A stretch of 64,000 nucleotides of DNA from an uncultured Lachnospiraceae bacterium (GTDB taxonomy: Bacteria > Bacillota > Clostridia > Lachnospirales > Lachnospiraceae): assembly GCA_910576535.1 (NCBI GenBank), contig CAJTKK010000002.1, positions 278,483 through 342,482 on the forward strand, written 5' to 3'. Made by a program: the position numbers and the translations under genes. The notes below the pieces were generated by a model. It was not told where the DNA came from. It was given only the letters and a program-made list of their open reading frames with translations, and made no database searches. Below, piece after piece: positions 39,501 through 50,862 of this stretch (position 1 is its first letter; every line of letters starts with the position of its first letter).

Positions 39501-39929
39501 ATGGGAAAAGTCTCAACAAATCAAAAATTGCAGCTAATACGCTCGATAAGGGCAGAAAGCCAGGATAACCGGATGAAAATGAGGAACCGGGAAAGAATAT
39601 TGTATGGCATAGGGAAAGCAGAAGAAGAATTGCCCTTGTATGCCAGAGGATATTATGATACAAGCCAAAAGGAATTGTATGCGCTGGAAGAAGGCGGGAT
39701 TCCTATACAAGCCGGTTCCTTTTCCTCATTGAAAATCCGATTTATGCTGGCGGCTGTCCTTTTTTGTATTTTTCTGGTGGCGGATGCAGGGGATGGGAAC
39801 ATTGGAGGGGTTTCGACCGAATATGTAAGAAAAGAAATCAATAAAAATTTCGATGCTGGCTTTGAGGAAGTATCATTTGATTTTGAGGAAAATTTCCCTT
39901 ATACTCTATTTAAAAATAAAAACAGATAG
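39501..39929 (+). CDS. Hypothetical single-TM protein, probably sporulation-related
   Basis: One hydrophobic segment; sigma-E-like promoter upstream. Confidence 0.7.
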   Translation: MGKVSTNQKLQLIRSIRAESQDNRMKMRNRERILYGIGKAEEELPLYARGYYDTSQKELYALEEGGIPIQAGSFSSLKIRFMLAAVLFCIFLVADAGDGNIGGVSTEYVRKEINKNFDAGFEEVSFDFEENFPYTLFKNKNR

Positions 39930-39941
39930 AATAGGAGTACT

Positions 39942-41867
39942 ATGAAGAAACTAGCGTTAAAAGATGAAATACTGCTGCAGATAGAAAAGCCGGCGCGTTA
40001 TATCGGCAATGAAGTCAATGCTGTTATAAAAGAGAAAGATCAAGTGGATGTCCGTATAGCAATGTGTTTCCCCGATGTATATGAAATAGGCATGTCGCAT
40101 CTGGGCATTCAAATTTTGTACGATATGTTCAACTGTTTTGAAGATGTATGGTGTGAACGGGTATATTCGCCATGGATAGATTTGGATAAAATTATGAGGG
40201 AGGAAAATATCCCTCTTTTTGCCTTGGAATCCCAGGAACCTATAAAGAATATGGATTTTTTGGCAATTACCATTCAATATGAGATGTGCTATACCAATAT
40301 ATTGCAGATTCTCGATTTGTCCCAGATACCATTAAGGGCGGCGGAACGGGGATGGGAGCATCCTGTCGTCATTGGAGGAGGTCCCTGTGTTTACAATCCG
40401 GAACCTATTGCCGCTTTTTTTGATATATTTTATATCGGGGAAGGGGAAACACGTTACCGGGAGCTTCTGGATGTTTACAAAGAAAGCCGGAGGCTTGGGG
40501 AATCTAAGATCGGGTTTTTAAGAAAAGCGGCAAAAATACCGGGCATGTACGTCCCTATGTTTTATCATGTGGAATACCAGGAAGATGGAACCATTCAAAG
40601 CATGAAGCCGGTTGAGGAAGGGATTTCCGGGAAAGTGGTAAAAGAAGTGGAGATGGATCTTTCCGGTACGTATTATCCTAAAAAACCGGTGGTTCCTTTC
40701 ATTAAAGTGACACAGGACAGGGTCGTATTGGAAATCCAGCGGGGATGCATGAGAGGATGCCGTTTTTGCCAGGCGGGCCAGATCTACCGCCCGGTAAGGG
40801 AACGGGATGTGGACATGCTGAAAAGCTATGCCGCAGAAATGCTGAAAAATACAGGACATGAAGAAATATCCTTAAGTTCTTTAAGCTCCAGCGACTATTC
40901 CAGGCTGCCGGAGTTCATTGATTTTCTTATACAGGAATGCCGGGAGAAAAAAATTAATATTTCCCTTCCTTCCCTCCGGATTGATGCATTTTCCCTGGAT
41001 GTCATGAGTAAAGTGCAGGACGTGAAAAAAAGCAGCCTGACCTTTGCCCCCGAAGCAGGAAGCCAGAGGTTGAGGGACGTGATTAATAAAGGGCTGACGG
41101 AAGAAGTCATTTTAAGGGGTTCTGCCTTAGCCTTTGAAGGGGGATGGACAAGGGTAAAACTGTATTTTATGTTAGGGCTTCCTACGGAAACGGAAGAGGA
41201 TATCCGCGGAATCGGTGATTTGGCCAATAAGATTGCGGCAGTATTTTTTGAGACGGTGCCAAAGGAAAAACGGGTAAACGGGAAAGTACAGATCGTGGTC
41301 AGCACTTCCTTTTTTATCCCGAAGCCGTTTACGCCTTTCCAATGGGCTTCTATGTGTACAAAGGAAGAATTCCTTGAGAAAGCATATGTGACCCGTACTT
41401 CCATCAAAGAACAGTTAAACCAGAAAAGCATCAAATACAACTGGCATGAAGCGGAGATCAGCGTTATGGAAGGCGTTTTTGCCAGAGGGGACAGAAAAAT
41501 TGCTGATGTCATTGAAAGAGCATATCGGAAGGGCTGTATGTTCGATGCATGGAGCGAATATTTCCACAATGACATTTGGATGGAAGCTTTTGAGGAATGC
41601 GGTATCTGCATTGATTTCTATACGACAAGAGAACGGCGGATGGATGAGAAGTTCCCTTGGGATTTCTTGGACTGCGGCGTTACGAAGGAATTTTTACTAA
41701 GGGAGTGGGAAAAAGCTATGGAAGAGGCGGTTTCCCCTAATTGCCGCATACAATGCCAAAACTGCGGGGCAAACCGTTTTGGGGGAGGGATTTGTTATGA
41801 AAAACGGCCGGAACCGGCTGCAGAATCCAAACCCGCTGTAACAGCAAATGCAGGAAAGGAACAGTAA
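39942..41867 (+). CDS. TIGR03960-type B12-binding-like radical SAM protein
   Basis: KPARYIGNE, FPDVYEIGMS, CMRGCRFC, C-terminal CRIQCQNC. Confidence 0.9.
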   Translation: MKKLALKDEILLQIEKPARYIGNEVNAVIKEKDQVDVRIAMCFPDVYEIGMSHLGIQILYDMFNCFEDVWCERVYSPWIDLDKIMREENIPLFALESQEPIKNMDFLAITIQYEMCYTNILQILDLSQIPLRAAERGWEHPVVIGGGPCVYNPEPIAAFFDIFYIGEGETRYRELLDVYKESRRLGESKIGFLRKAAKIPGMYVPMFYHVEYQEDGTIQSMKPVEEGISGKVVKEVEMDLSGTYYPKKPVVPFIKVTQDRVVLEIQRGCMRGCRFCQAGQIYRPVRERDVDMLKSYAAEMLKNTGHEEISLSSLSSSDYSRLPEFIDFLIQECREKKINISLPSLRIDAFSLDVMSKVQDVKKSSLTFAPEAGSQRLRDVINKGLTEEVILRGSALAFEGGWTRVKLYFMLGLPTETEEDIRGIGDLANKIAAVFFETVPKEKRVNGKVQIVVSTSFFIPKPFTPFQWASMCTKEEFLEKAYVTRTSIKEQLNQKSIKYNWHEAEISVMEGVFARGDRKIADVIERAYRKGCMFDAWSEYFHNDIWMEAFEECGICIDFYTTRERRMDEKFPWDFLDCGVTKEFLLREWEKAMEEAVSPNCRIQCQNCGANRFGGGICYEKRPEPAAESKPAVTANAGKEQ

Positions 41868-41872
41868 ACAGG

Positions 41873-42586
41873 ATGAAAGTGAGAATTAAATTTGCGAAAT
41901 CAGGGCCGATGCGTTTTATAGGACATTTGGATATGATGCGGTTTTTCCAAAAAGCAGTCCGCAGGGCTGGAATTGATGTGGCATATTCGGAGGGGTTTAG
42001 CCCGCATCAGATTATGTCCTTTGCAGCGCCTCTTGGCGTAGGCCTTACCAGTCATGGGGAATATCTGGATCTGGAAGTGAAATCCCATTCCGGGGCTGAG
42101 GATATGAAAAGACGGCTGAATGAGGTGATGGTAGAGGGGATGGAAATCCTGGGCGTTACGATGCTGGAAAATGGGGCGAAAAATGCAATGGCAAGCGTAG
42201 CCGCTGCCAGATATTCCGTTAGATTCCGTAAAGGCTGCGCGCCTTCTTTTGACTGGGCAGACCGGCTGGCGGCATTTTATCAGAAATCTTCCATTATGGT
42301 CAGGAAGAAAACAAAAAAAAGCGAAATGGATTTGGACTTAAAACCTCATATCTATCAGCTATCAGTTTTGGGCGAAGGAGAGGCTGCCGGCATTTCCATG
42401 CTTGTAAATGCCGGCAGTAGCTGTAATATTAAACCCGCCCTGGTGATGGGAGCCTTTTTAAAAGAAAACGGGGAAGAACTACAGGAATTTGCTTTGGAAA
42501 TTACGAGGGAAGATACCTTTATGGATCTGGGAACGGAGGGAATGAGGAAACTGGTTCCTTTGGATGCGGTTGGAATGGGGTTTTAA
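41873..42586 (+). CDS. TIGR03936/DUF2344 radical SAM-linked protein
   Basis: RFIGHLD, YSEGFSPH, PLGVG..S.GEY. Confidence 0.88.
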   Translation: MKVRIKFAKSGPMRFIGHLDMMRFFQKAVRRAGIDVAYSEGFSPHQIMSFAAPLGVGLTSHGEYLDLEVKSHSGAEDMKRRLNEVMVEGMEILGVTMLENGAKNAMASVAAARYSVRFRKGCAPSFDWADRLAAFYQKSSIMVRKKTKKSEMDLDLKPHIYQLSVLGEGEAAGISMLVNAGSSCNIKPALVMGAFLKENGEELQEFALEITREDTFMDLGTEGMRKLVPLDAVGMGF

Positions 42587-42587
42587 A

Positions 42588-43805
42588 ATGGACAGGAAAT
42601 ATATCATATTAAGGCATAAGCATAAAATATTATCTTTGCTGTATCATGGCAACCGCTTGCTCCATGCGAGGGCAGAGGCAGAGCATGGAAATCTTTTAGG
42701 GAACATGTATATAGCGAAAGTAAAAAACGTTGTGAAAAACATTAATGCCGCTTTTGTGGAAATCAAGCCAGGATGCCCTTGTTTTCTCAGCCTCAATGGA
42801 TTGAAAAACCCGCTGATTACGAACCGGGACTATGATGGCAGGGTTTTAGACGGCGATGAGATTCTTGTACAAGTATATAAAGAAGAAACAAAATCAAAGA
42901 CTCCTACAGTGACCTGTTCTTTGTCTTTAGACGGCAAATACTGCGTGGCGTCCGCCCGCAGGCTTGGGGTATCCTATTCCGCAAAATTATCGGATAAAGT
43001 AAAAAAACGGATAGGGGACTGTCTGGAACAGGAAGGTTTTCTGGAAACATATGGCCGGGAGGCCGGGATTATTATCCGTACAAATGCCAAAGACCTGACA
43101 GAAGATCTTACGCCTTTAAAAGATGAGATCAGGACCCTGACAGGAAAATTACATCATATTATGGAAATTGCGCGCCACCGCACATGCTATTCCGTCCTTT
43201 TTGAACAACTGCCCGCCTATCTGACAGGTATCCGGGATGAATATGAGGGGCAATATGAAGAAATTGTAACAGATCAGCCGGATATTTATGAAACGGTGTT
43301 AGCATACCGCAAAAAAAACCCTTCTTTTCCTATTCCCGGGGTACGCCTTTATCAGGATGAGAAAGTCCCGTTGTACAAGCTCTATAGTGTGGAAACCCGC
43401 TTAAAGGAAGCGCTGAATAAGAAGGTATGGTTAAAGTCCGGCGGGTATTTAGTCATAGAGCATACGGAGGCGCTAACGGCCATAGATGTGAATACCGGAA
43501 AGCTGACCGCCGGAAAAGATATGGAAGAGACTTATTTACGCACGAACTTAGAGGCAGCCGGAGAAATAGCCGTCCAGATGGCTTTGCGCAATCTGTCCGG
43601 CATGATTCTTGTGGATTTTATCAATATGTCCCGGGAAGAAAATAATAAAAGATTAATGGCATTTTTTGGGGATTTGTTAAAAAAAGATCCCGTAAGAACC
43701 CAACTGATAGATATTACGGCTCTAGGATTGGTGGAAATTACAAGGATGAAAATGAGCAAGCCCTTACAAGAGCAACTGATCTTCCAGCCCGACAAAGAAT
43801 CATAA
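42588..43805 (+). CDS. rng: Ribonuclease E/G family
   Basis: S1-like N-terminus, SGGYLVIE.TEALT.IDVNTG, RNLSGMILVDFI, LGLVEITR. Confidence 0.92.
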   Translation: MDRKYIILRHKHKILSLLYHGNRLLHARAEAEHGNLLGNMYIAKVKNVVKNINAAFVEIKPGCPCFLSLNGLKNPLITNRDYDGRVLDGDEILVQVYKEETKSKTPTVTCSLSLDGKYCVASARRLGVSYSAKLSDKVKKRIGDCLEQEGFLETYGREAGIIIRTNAKDLTEDLTPLKDEIRTLTGKLHHIMEIARHRTCYSVLFEQLPAYLTGIRDEYEGQYEEIVTDQPDIYETVLAYRKKNPSFPIPGVRLYQDEKVPLYKLYSVETRLKEALNKKVWLKSGGYLVIEHTEALTAIDVNTGKLTAGKDMEETYLRTNLEAAGEIAVQMALRNLSGMILVDFINMSREENNKRLMAFFGDLLKKDPVRTQLIDITALGLVEITRMKMSKPLQEQLIFQPDKES

Positions 43806-43810
43806 GGAGA

Positions 43811-44377
43811 ATGGCCATGGAACTTATTAAAATGGAGAAAATAAAGGATGGCAGATATTTAAAGAACTATGAACTTACTTACCTTAATAAGGCCGGAAAA
43901 GAAAAAAAATATGAAATTGTCAGCAGGAAAGAACTTGCCAATATAGAGGACATCGGGAAAAGCGCCAGCGGACTGTCAATTGCCGCGTTAAGCGGCAAGA
44001 AACTTCTTTTGCTGAAAGAATTCCGTATGGGGATAAATAAGGCTATTTATAACCTTTGTGCCGGAATGTTTGAAAAGGGTGAGACGATAGAAGAATGTGT
44101 ATCCAGGGAATTATATGAAGAAACCGGATTAAGCGTAAAAAGGATTATAGACGTTCTTCCGTCTTCTTATGCGGCGGTGGCTATTTCCGATACAAAAACG
44201 CACATTGTATTTGTAGAGGTACAAGGGGAATTTGAAGATCATACTTCTGAAAATGAATGGATAGAAGCTGGATTTTATGACAGGGAGGAAGTGGAAATGC
44301 TGCTGAAAACAGAGGAATTCAGTTCCCGGGCGCAAATTATTGCCTATTTTTTCTCAAAGAACCTTTTCCCGGTATAA
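43811..44377 (+). CDS. NUDIX hydrolase
   Basis: Nudix box GMFEKGETIEECVSRELYEETG. Confidence 0.92.
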   Translation: MAMELIKMEKIKDGRYLKNYELTYLNKAGKEKKYEIVSRKELANIEDIGKSASGLSIAALSGKKLLLLKEFRMGINKAIYNLCAGMFEKGETIEECVSRELYEETGLSVKRIIDVLPSSYAAVAISDTKTHIVFVEVQGEFEDHTSENEWIEAGFYDREEVEMLLKTEEFSSRAQIIAYFFSKNLFPV

Positions 44378-44382
44378 AAATC

Positions 44383-44411
44383 TTGACAATTTCTGGCCGG
44401 AATGATAAACT
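44383..44411 (+). promoter_or_regulatory. Sigma-A promoter of the rplU operon
   Basis: TTGACA-N17-TAAACT with extended TG. Confidence 0.75.
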
Positions 44412-44416
44412 ATCGG

Positions 44417-44500
44417 AGTATGCCGCATAGATAGGCTGGAAAGAGCGTTTTTTTGGAAAACGCCGCCGTCTCTAGCGAGTAAAGCAGGCGCAGGCTTGTA
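44417..44500 (+). ncRNA. Putative L21 ribosomal protein leader
   Basis: Structured 5' UTR (GTATGCCGCA...AGCGAGT, inner GCGTTTT/AAAACGC stem) between promoter and rplU; L21 leaders are known in Firmicutes. Confidence 0.55.
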
Positions 44501-44516
44501 TTATAGGAGGTGCAAT

Positions 44517-44822
44517 ATGTACGCAATTATTGCCACAGGTGGAAAACAGTATAAGGTTTCCGAAGGTGATGTGATCAAAGTGGAAAAGCTGGCTGCAGAA
44601 CCCGGGGAAACGGTAACATTTGACCAGGTAATCGCAATCAGCGATAATGGGCTTAAAGTTGCCGGTGACGTAGCTAATTCAACGGTGTCCGCTACTGTAA
44701 TGGAGCAGGGCAGAGGAAAGAAAGTTATCGTTTACAAGTATAAGAGAAAAACCGGTTACCACAAGAAAAATGGTCACAGACAAGCATACACTCAGGTTAA
44801 AATTGATAAAATCAATGCATAA
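44517..44822 (+). CDS. rplU: 50S ribosomal protein L21
   Basis: MYAIIATGGKQYKV...GHRQ; AGGAGG RBS. Confidence 0.98.
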   Translation: MYAIIATGGKQYKVSEGDVIKVEKLAAEPGETVTFDQVIAISDNGLKVAGDVANSTVSATVMEQGRGKKVIVYKYKRKTGYHKKNGHRQAYTQVKIDKINA

Positions 44823-44840
44823 TTCAGGTAATGCTGGGAA

Positions 44841-45170
44841 ATGACAAAAATTGTTATCCAAAAATCAAAAAACGGGGAATATAAAGGATTTACTTGTAAA
44901 GGACATTCCGGTTTTGCCATCAGAGGAGAAGATATCGTATGCGCTTCTATATCAGTTTTGGTAATTAATGCCATTAATTCCATGGAAAAGTTGGCCAAAG
45001 AGGATATGGAAATTACGGAAGATGAAACAGCAGGAATGATACGGTGTTTTATGAAAAAGCCATTGTCCGACAGAGGAAAAATCCTTATGGACTCTATGAT
45101 ACTTGGTTTGTCGGAGATTTCAGATCAATATGGCAGGCAGTATCTAACAATTAAAATCAAGGAGGTGTAA
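44841..45170 (+). CDS. prp: Ribosomal-processing cysteine protease Prp (YsxB)
   Basis: GHS...DIVCASIS; lies between rplU and rpmA. Confidence 0.92.
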   Translation: MTKIVIQKSKNGEYKGFTCKGHSGFAIRGEDIVCASISVLVINAINSMEKLAKEDMEITEDETAGMIRCFMKKPLSDRGKILMDSMILGLSEISDQYGRQYLTIKIKEV

Positions 45171-45174
45171 GACC

Positions 45175-45462
45175 ATGTTAAATATGAACCTTCAATTTTT
45201 CGCTCATAAAAAGGGTGTTGGTTCGACGAAAAACGGCAGAGATTCCGAATCGAAAAGACTTGGCGCTAAAAGGGCTGACGGACAATTCGTAAAAGCAGGG
45301 AATATTTTGTACAGACAGCGCGGAACAAAGATTCATCCCGGCGTTAATGTAGGAAGAGGCGGCGATGATACTTTATATGCACGGGTAGACGGCATACTTA
45401 GATTTGAAAGAAAAGGAAGAGACAAAAAACGAGCTTCCGTATATCCTGTAGAGAGTGAATAA
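45175..45462 (+). CDS. rpmA: 50S ribosomal protein L27 with Prp-cleaved N-terminal extension
   Basis: [24 protein letters not shown]. Confidence 0.98.
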   Translation: MLNMNLQFFAHKKGVGSTKNGRDSESKRLGAKRADGQFVKAGNILYRQRGTKIHPGVNVGRGGDDTLYARVDGILRFERKGRDKKRASVYPVESE

Positions 45463-45472
45463 GAACGAACCG

Positions 45473-45504
45473 GGCTTCAAACGTACTTAGTTTGAAGCCT
45501 TTTT
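45473..45504 (+). terminator. Terminator
   Basis: GGCTTCAAAC-N7-GTTTGAAGCC-TTTTT. Confidence 0.75.
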
Positions 45505-45509
45505 GTTAA

Positions 45510-46838
<1,329 letters not shown>

Positions 46839-46858
46839 AAAAGAATGGAGTGTAATGT

Positions 46859-47149
46859 ATGACAAGCAAACAGAGAAGTTATTTAAAAAGTCTGGCGAAT
46901 AATTTGGACCCAGTATTCCAGGTAGGAAAATCCAGCCTTACCCCTGAGTTCACGGCAGCTGTTTCAGAGGCTTTCAATACCAGGGAACTGTTAAAAATCG
47001 CCGTTTTGAAAAATTGCATGGATGATCCGAAAGAGATTGCTGAGATGCTGGCTGGGCGTACCCGCTCCCAAGTGGTGCAAGTCATTGGCCGTAAAATAAT
47101 TTTGTATAAGGAAAATAAAGAAAATAAAAAAATTATCTTGCCGCAATAA
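46859..47149 (+). CDS. yhbY: YhbY RNA-binding protein
   Basis: MTSKQRSYL...QVGK...QVIGR. Confidence 0.93.
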   Translation: MTSKQRSYLKSLANNLDPVFQVGKSSLTPEFTAAVSEAFNTRELLKIAVLKNCMDDPKEIAEMLAGRTRSQVVQVIGRKIILYKENKENKKIILPQ

Positions 47150-47207
47150 ACGTTCACTGCTAAGATTTATATTATAAATGTATTTTTCTTCCGGAGGGAA
47201 ACTTTCA

Positions 47208-47825
47208 ATGGAAAATGGAAAAAAGAAAACGGGAATTATGGGCGGGACTTTTAACCCGGTTCATATCGGTCACCTGCTTCTTGCGGAAAATGCAAGAGAA
47301 ACCTTTGAATTGGATGAAATTCTCTTTGTGCCAAGCGGTTTATCCTATATGAAAAAAGGAATGGAAATGGCTGATAAAAGGATGCGCCTGGAGATGACCC
47401 GTCTGGCTATAACGGACAACCCTTTCTTCGCCCTGTCGCCGGTGGAGGTGGAACGGGAGGGTAATTCTTATACCTATGAAACATTGGAAGCATTACGGGC
47501 AGCGGAGCCGGAAACCATGTTCTATTTGATTGTGGGGGCTGACAGCCTCTTTGCCATGGAAACATGGAAGCATCCGGAAGCCATATTTAAAAACTGCGCG
47601 GTTCTTGCAGCCGTACGCAGCGGAAGCGGCTGTGAAGACTTAGAAATTCAAATTGCCCGCCTGGAGGGAAAATACGGAACCGAAATAAGGAGAATCCCTA
47701 TGGATGAAATACCGGTTTCTTCCACTGATATCCGCAACAGGATCCATCAAGGGAAATCCATCCGTTATATGGTTCCGGGCAATGTAATTGCTTATATAGA
47801 AAAGCACCGGCTCTATACAGGATAA
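47208..47825 (+). CDS. nadD: Nicotinate-nucleotide adenylyltransferase
   Basis: GGTFNPVHIGH, SYT, GADS, SSTDIR. Confidence 0.95.
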   Translation: MENGKKKTGIMGGTFNPVHIGHLLLAENARETFELDEILFVPSGLSYMKKGMEMADKRMRLEMTRLAITDNPFFALSPVEVEREGNSYTYETLEALRAAEPETMFYLIVGADSLFAMETWKHPEAIFKNCAVLAAVRSGSGCEDLEIQIARLEGKYGTEIRRIPMDEIPVSSTDIRNRIHQGKSIRYMVPGNVIAYIEKHRLYTG

Positions 47826-47854
47826 AAGACAAAAAGAAGGGATGGAAGTAAAAG

Positions 47855-48469
47855 ATGGAAACCAAATCTTCAAATTTGAAAAAAATCCGCAAAGCAATGG
47901 AAAAATCGCTGGATTCCAAACGTTTTGAGCATACCCTTGGGGTGGAATATACGGCAGCCGCCCTTGCCATGCGCTACGGCGGGGATATTATGAAAGCCCA
48001 GACGGCAGGGCTTTTGCACGATTGCGCCAAATGCATGAGCAATGATAAGCGCCTCTCCATATGTGAAAAACATCATATCAGCGTCAATAAGATCGAACGC
48101 AAAAACCCTTTTTTGCTTCATGCCAAAGTAGGAAGCTATATTGCCATGCAGAAATTCCAGGTTCATGACAGCGACACGGTCAATGCAATTTTGAACCATA
48201 CGACAGGAAGGCCGGATATGTCTTTGCTGGAAAAGATTGTTTATGTGGCGGACTATATCGAGCCGGGGAGAAAGCAGGCGCCGAACCTTATGGAAATCAG
48301 GAAATTATCCTTTCTTGACTTAGATGAAGCTTTGTTCCGTATATTGGAAGACACCCTGGTTTATCTAAGGACAGTGGACGGTGATGTGGATCCGATGACG
48401 CAAAAAACTTATGACTTTTATAAAGAGTATAGGGAAAACAGGCAAAGCGAGGTAAGAAACCTGCCATAG
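47855..48469 (+). CDS. yqeK: Ap4A hydrolase YqeK (HD domain)
   Basis: RFEHT, LLHDCAK, HTTG, ADYIEPGR. Confidence 0.93.
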   Translation: METKSSNLKKIRKAMEKSLDSKRFEHTLGVEYTAAALAMRYGGDIMKAQTAGLLHDCAKCMSNDKRLSICEKHHISVNKIERKNPFLLHAKVGSYIAMQKFQVHDSDTVNAILNHTTGRPDMSLLEKIVYVADYIEPGRKQAPNLMEIRKLSFLDLDEALFRILEDTLVYLRTVDGDVDPMTQKTYDFYKEYRENRQSEVRNLP

Positions 48470-48532
48470 GCAGAAGAATGGAAACCAGTAAATACAGCAG
48501 GACTGTTAATAGCAGTAAGAAAGGACATACGG

Positions 48533-48889
48533 ATGAACAGCAAAGAAATGACCCGCCTTGCGATTAAGGCATTGGATGACAAAAAAGCAGAGAACATACA
48601 AGTAATTGATATCAGTGAGGTATCGGTAATCGCTGATTATTTTATTATTGCAAATGGTACGAACCGGAACCAGAACCAGGCGCTTGCCGATTCTGTGGAA
48701 GAAAGCCTGGGAAGGGCAGGGGTTAATTTGAAACAGGTGGAAGGATATGATGCCGCCAATTGGATTCTAATGGACTTTCTGGATATTATTGTGCATATTT
48801 TTGATAGGGATAACCGTCTCTTTTATGATCTGGAACGGATATGGAGGGATGGAAAGCAAATCTCCTTATCAGAGTTTGAAGAAGGCTAA
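48533..48889 (+). CDS. rsfS: Ribosome silencing factor
   Basis: DKKAENI, WILMD, VHIF, FYDLERIW. Confidence 0.95.
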   Translation: MNSKEMTRLAIKALDDKKAENIQVIDISEVSVIADYFIIANGTNRNQNQALADSVEESLGRAGVNLKQVEGYDAANWILMDFLDIIVHIFDRDNRLFYDLERIWRDGKQISLSEFEEG

Positions 48890-48904
48890 AGGGCTGAACA
48901 GTTC

Positions 48905-50293
48905 ATGAAAAAATATATTGGAGATAAAAAATTTTACTTGATGGTTCTTTCTGTGGCCGTTCCGATTATGATACAAAACGGCATTACAAATTTTGTCAGT
49001 TTGTTAGACAATATTATGGTAGGACAGATCGGAACGGAACAGATGTCCGGGGTAGCGATTGTCAATCAGCTTATTCTGGTCTTTAATCTGTGCATTTTTG
49101 GCGGAGTATCCGGCGCAGGCATTTTTACGGCCCAGTATTATGGATGTAAAGATCAGAAGGGGATACGGGATACCTTCCGTATGAAACTGTTCATTGTTCT
49201 TTTTATCACAGTGGCAGGGTTATCTGTTTTTGCTTTTTCAGGCAGACAGCTCATTTCTTTATACCTTCATGAAACCGGGAACCAAAGCAGCCTGGATATT
49301 ACTATGCATTATGCGCAAAGATATATGAGAATTATGATGGTGGAGCTGGCGCCGTTTGCTGTCATCCAGGTGTATTCCGGTACTTTGAGGGAAACCGGCG
49401 AGACTATGCTGCCGATGAAGGCAGGGATTGCTGCTGTTTTTATTAATTTAATACTGAATTACATATTAATTTTCGGGAAGTTCGGTATGCCGGCTATGGG
49501 TGTGGAAGGGGCGGCCATCGCTACTACAGTATCCCGTTTTGCGGAGCTGGCCATTGTGGCTGGATGGACGCACCGGAATACGGTAAAAAATCCATTTATC
49601 AAGGGCGCATACAGAAGCTTTCGGATCCCAGGCGGATTAATTGTAAAAGTGCTTATCACGGGACTTCCGCTTATGATTAATGAAGCTTTATGGTCCAGCG
49701 GGCAGGCAGCGCTAATGCAATGCTATTCCGTAAGAGGGCTTTCTGTAGTTGCTGCATTCAATATTTCTTCCACCATATCCAATGTTTTTAATGTGGTGTT
49801 TATTGCTTTGGGGAATGCCGTGGGCATTATCATTGGTCAATTGCTTGGGGCGGGGAAGATGGAAGAGGCGAAAGATACCGTATGGAAGCTGATGTTTTTT
49901 TCTGTAGGGGGATGCGCAGCAATGGGAGCTGTTTTATCTGTTTTAGCGCCTTTATTCCCGATGATTTATAATACGGCGGAAGATATCCGCAGCCTGGCAT
50001 CCAGATTCATTATTGTTTCTTCCTTATGTATGCCGCTGTATGCCTTTGTGAATGTAGCTTATTTTGCGCTCCGTTCCGGCGGGAAGACATTAATTACCTT
50101 TTTCTTTGACAGTGTTTTCGTTTGGGCGGCTAATATTCCACTGGCTTATATTTTGTCCAGATATACTGGAATGCCTATTATATCCCTTTATTTTTTCTGC
50201 CAGTTCATAGACATTATCAAGTGCATTATAGGGTATGTTCTATTAAAAAAGGGTATATGGATGAATACAATTATTAAAGAAACGGTTACGTAA
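48905..50293 (+). CDS. MATE family efflux transporter
   Basis: About 12 TM segments; DNIMVGQ, GVEGAAIAT. Confidence 0.92.
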   Translation: MKKYIGDKKFYLMVLSVAVPIMIQNGITNFVSLLDNIMVGQIGTEQMSGVAIVNQLILVFNLCIFGGVSGAGIFTAQYYGCKDQKGIRDTFRMKLFIVLFITVAGLSVFAFSGRQLISLYLHETGNQSSLDITMHYAQRYMRIMMVELAPFAVIQVYSGTLRETGETMLPMKAGIAAVFINLILNYILIFGKFGMPAMGVEGAAIATTVSRFAELAIVAGWTHRNTVKNPFIKGAYRSFRIPGGLIVKVLITGLPLMINEALWSSGQAALMQCYSVRGLSVVAAFNISSTISNVFNVVFIALGNAVGIIIGQLLGAGKMEEAKDTVWKLMFFSVGGCAAMGAVLSVLAPLFPMIYNTAEDIRSLASRFIIVSSLCMPLYAFVNVAYFALRSGGKTLITFFFDSVFVWAANIPLAYILSRYTGMPIISLYFFCQFIDIIKCIIGYVLLKKGIWMNTIIKETVT

Positions 50294-50349
50294 TATAACA
50301 TATTTGCTTTAAGGTATGCTTATGCAAAGTGCGGATGCATCAGCAATTG

Positions 50350-50393
50350 CTTTTATTTTACGCCGGGCTATTTAGCCCGGCGTAAAATAAAAG
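50350..50393. repeat. Perfect 21-bp inverted repeat
   Basis: CTTTTATTTTACGCCGGGCTA-TT-TAGCCCGGCGTAAAATAAAAG between convergent genes. Confidence 0.8.
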
Positions 50394-50436
50394 TGGTTAG
50401 TGGTTTTTATGATTTTCCAGGGGATGCCATCTTTTC

Positions 50437-50655
50437 TTACGTGGATTCTTTGGCGGAATTGCCCGCATACATATAAAAAGAAACGAGATACAAACCGCAA
50501 ATACCCACCAGTGCATATACAATTCTTGAAAACCATGACATATTGCCGAAAATATAAGCCACAAGGTCAAAACTGAAAAAACCGATTAATCCCCAGTTAA
50601 TAGCTCCTATGATAGCAATTGTCAGGGCCGTAAAATCCAATGCTTTATGATTCAT
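50437..50655 (-). CDS. DUF378 domain protein (YuzA-like)
   Basis: IIGAINWGLIGFF.FDLV, SRIVYALVG; GGAGG RBS before 50655. Confidence 0.9.
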   Translation of the reverse strand: MNHKALDFTALTIAIIGAINWGLIGFFSFDLVAYIFGNMSWFSRIVYALVGICGLYLVSFYMYAGNSAKEST

Positions 50656-50709
50656 TTTGATAACCTCCATTCATAATCATTCTTAAATTGAAAAGTTTCT
50701 TTTCGCCTT

Positions 50710-50738
50710 TATTTTAACCCAAAAATAAATTTTCATGC
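50710..50738 (-). promoter_or_regulatory. Putative sigma-F/G promoter
   Basis: GCATG-N14-GGTTAAAATA on the minus strand. Confidence 0.45.
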
Positions 50739-50862
50739 ATAAACATAAACTTTTTTTTAATAAAATGATTGAAATAACATTGACAAAAAAAATGATTCAG
50801 AGTAATATAATTCAGAAATGGAAGTTTTAAGCCATTTAAAAATATTTTAGGAGGGAAAAATT

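Noticed and set aside
44841..45462. L27 N-terminal extension with Prp protease
   Set aside because: Real, but already well described in Firmicutes.
47165..47179. ATTTATATTATAAAT palindrome before nadD
   Set aside because: All-AT and low information; no match to a regulator motif I can support.
50790..50825. CodY box upstream of livK
   Set aside because: Best matches have about 6 mismatches to AATTTTCWGAAAATT.
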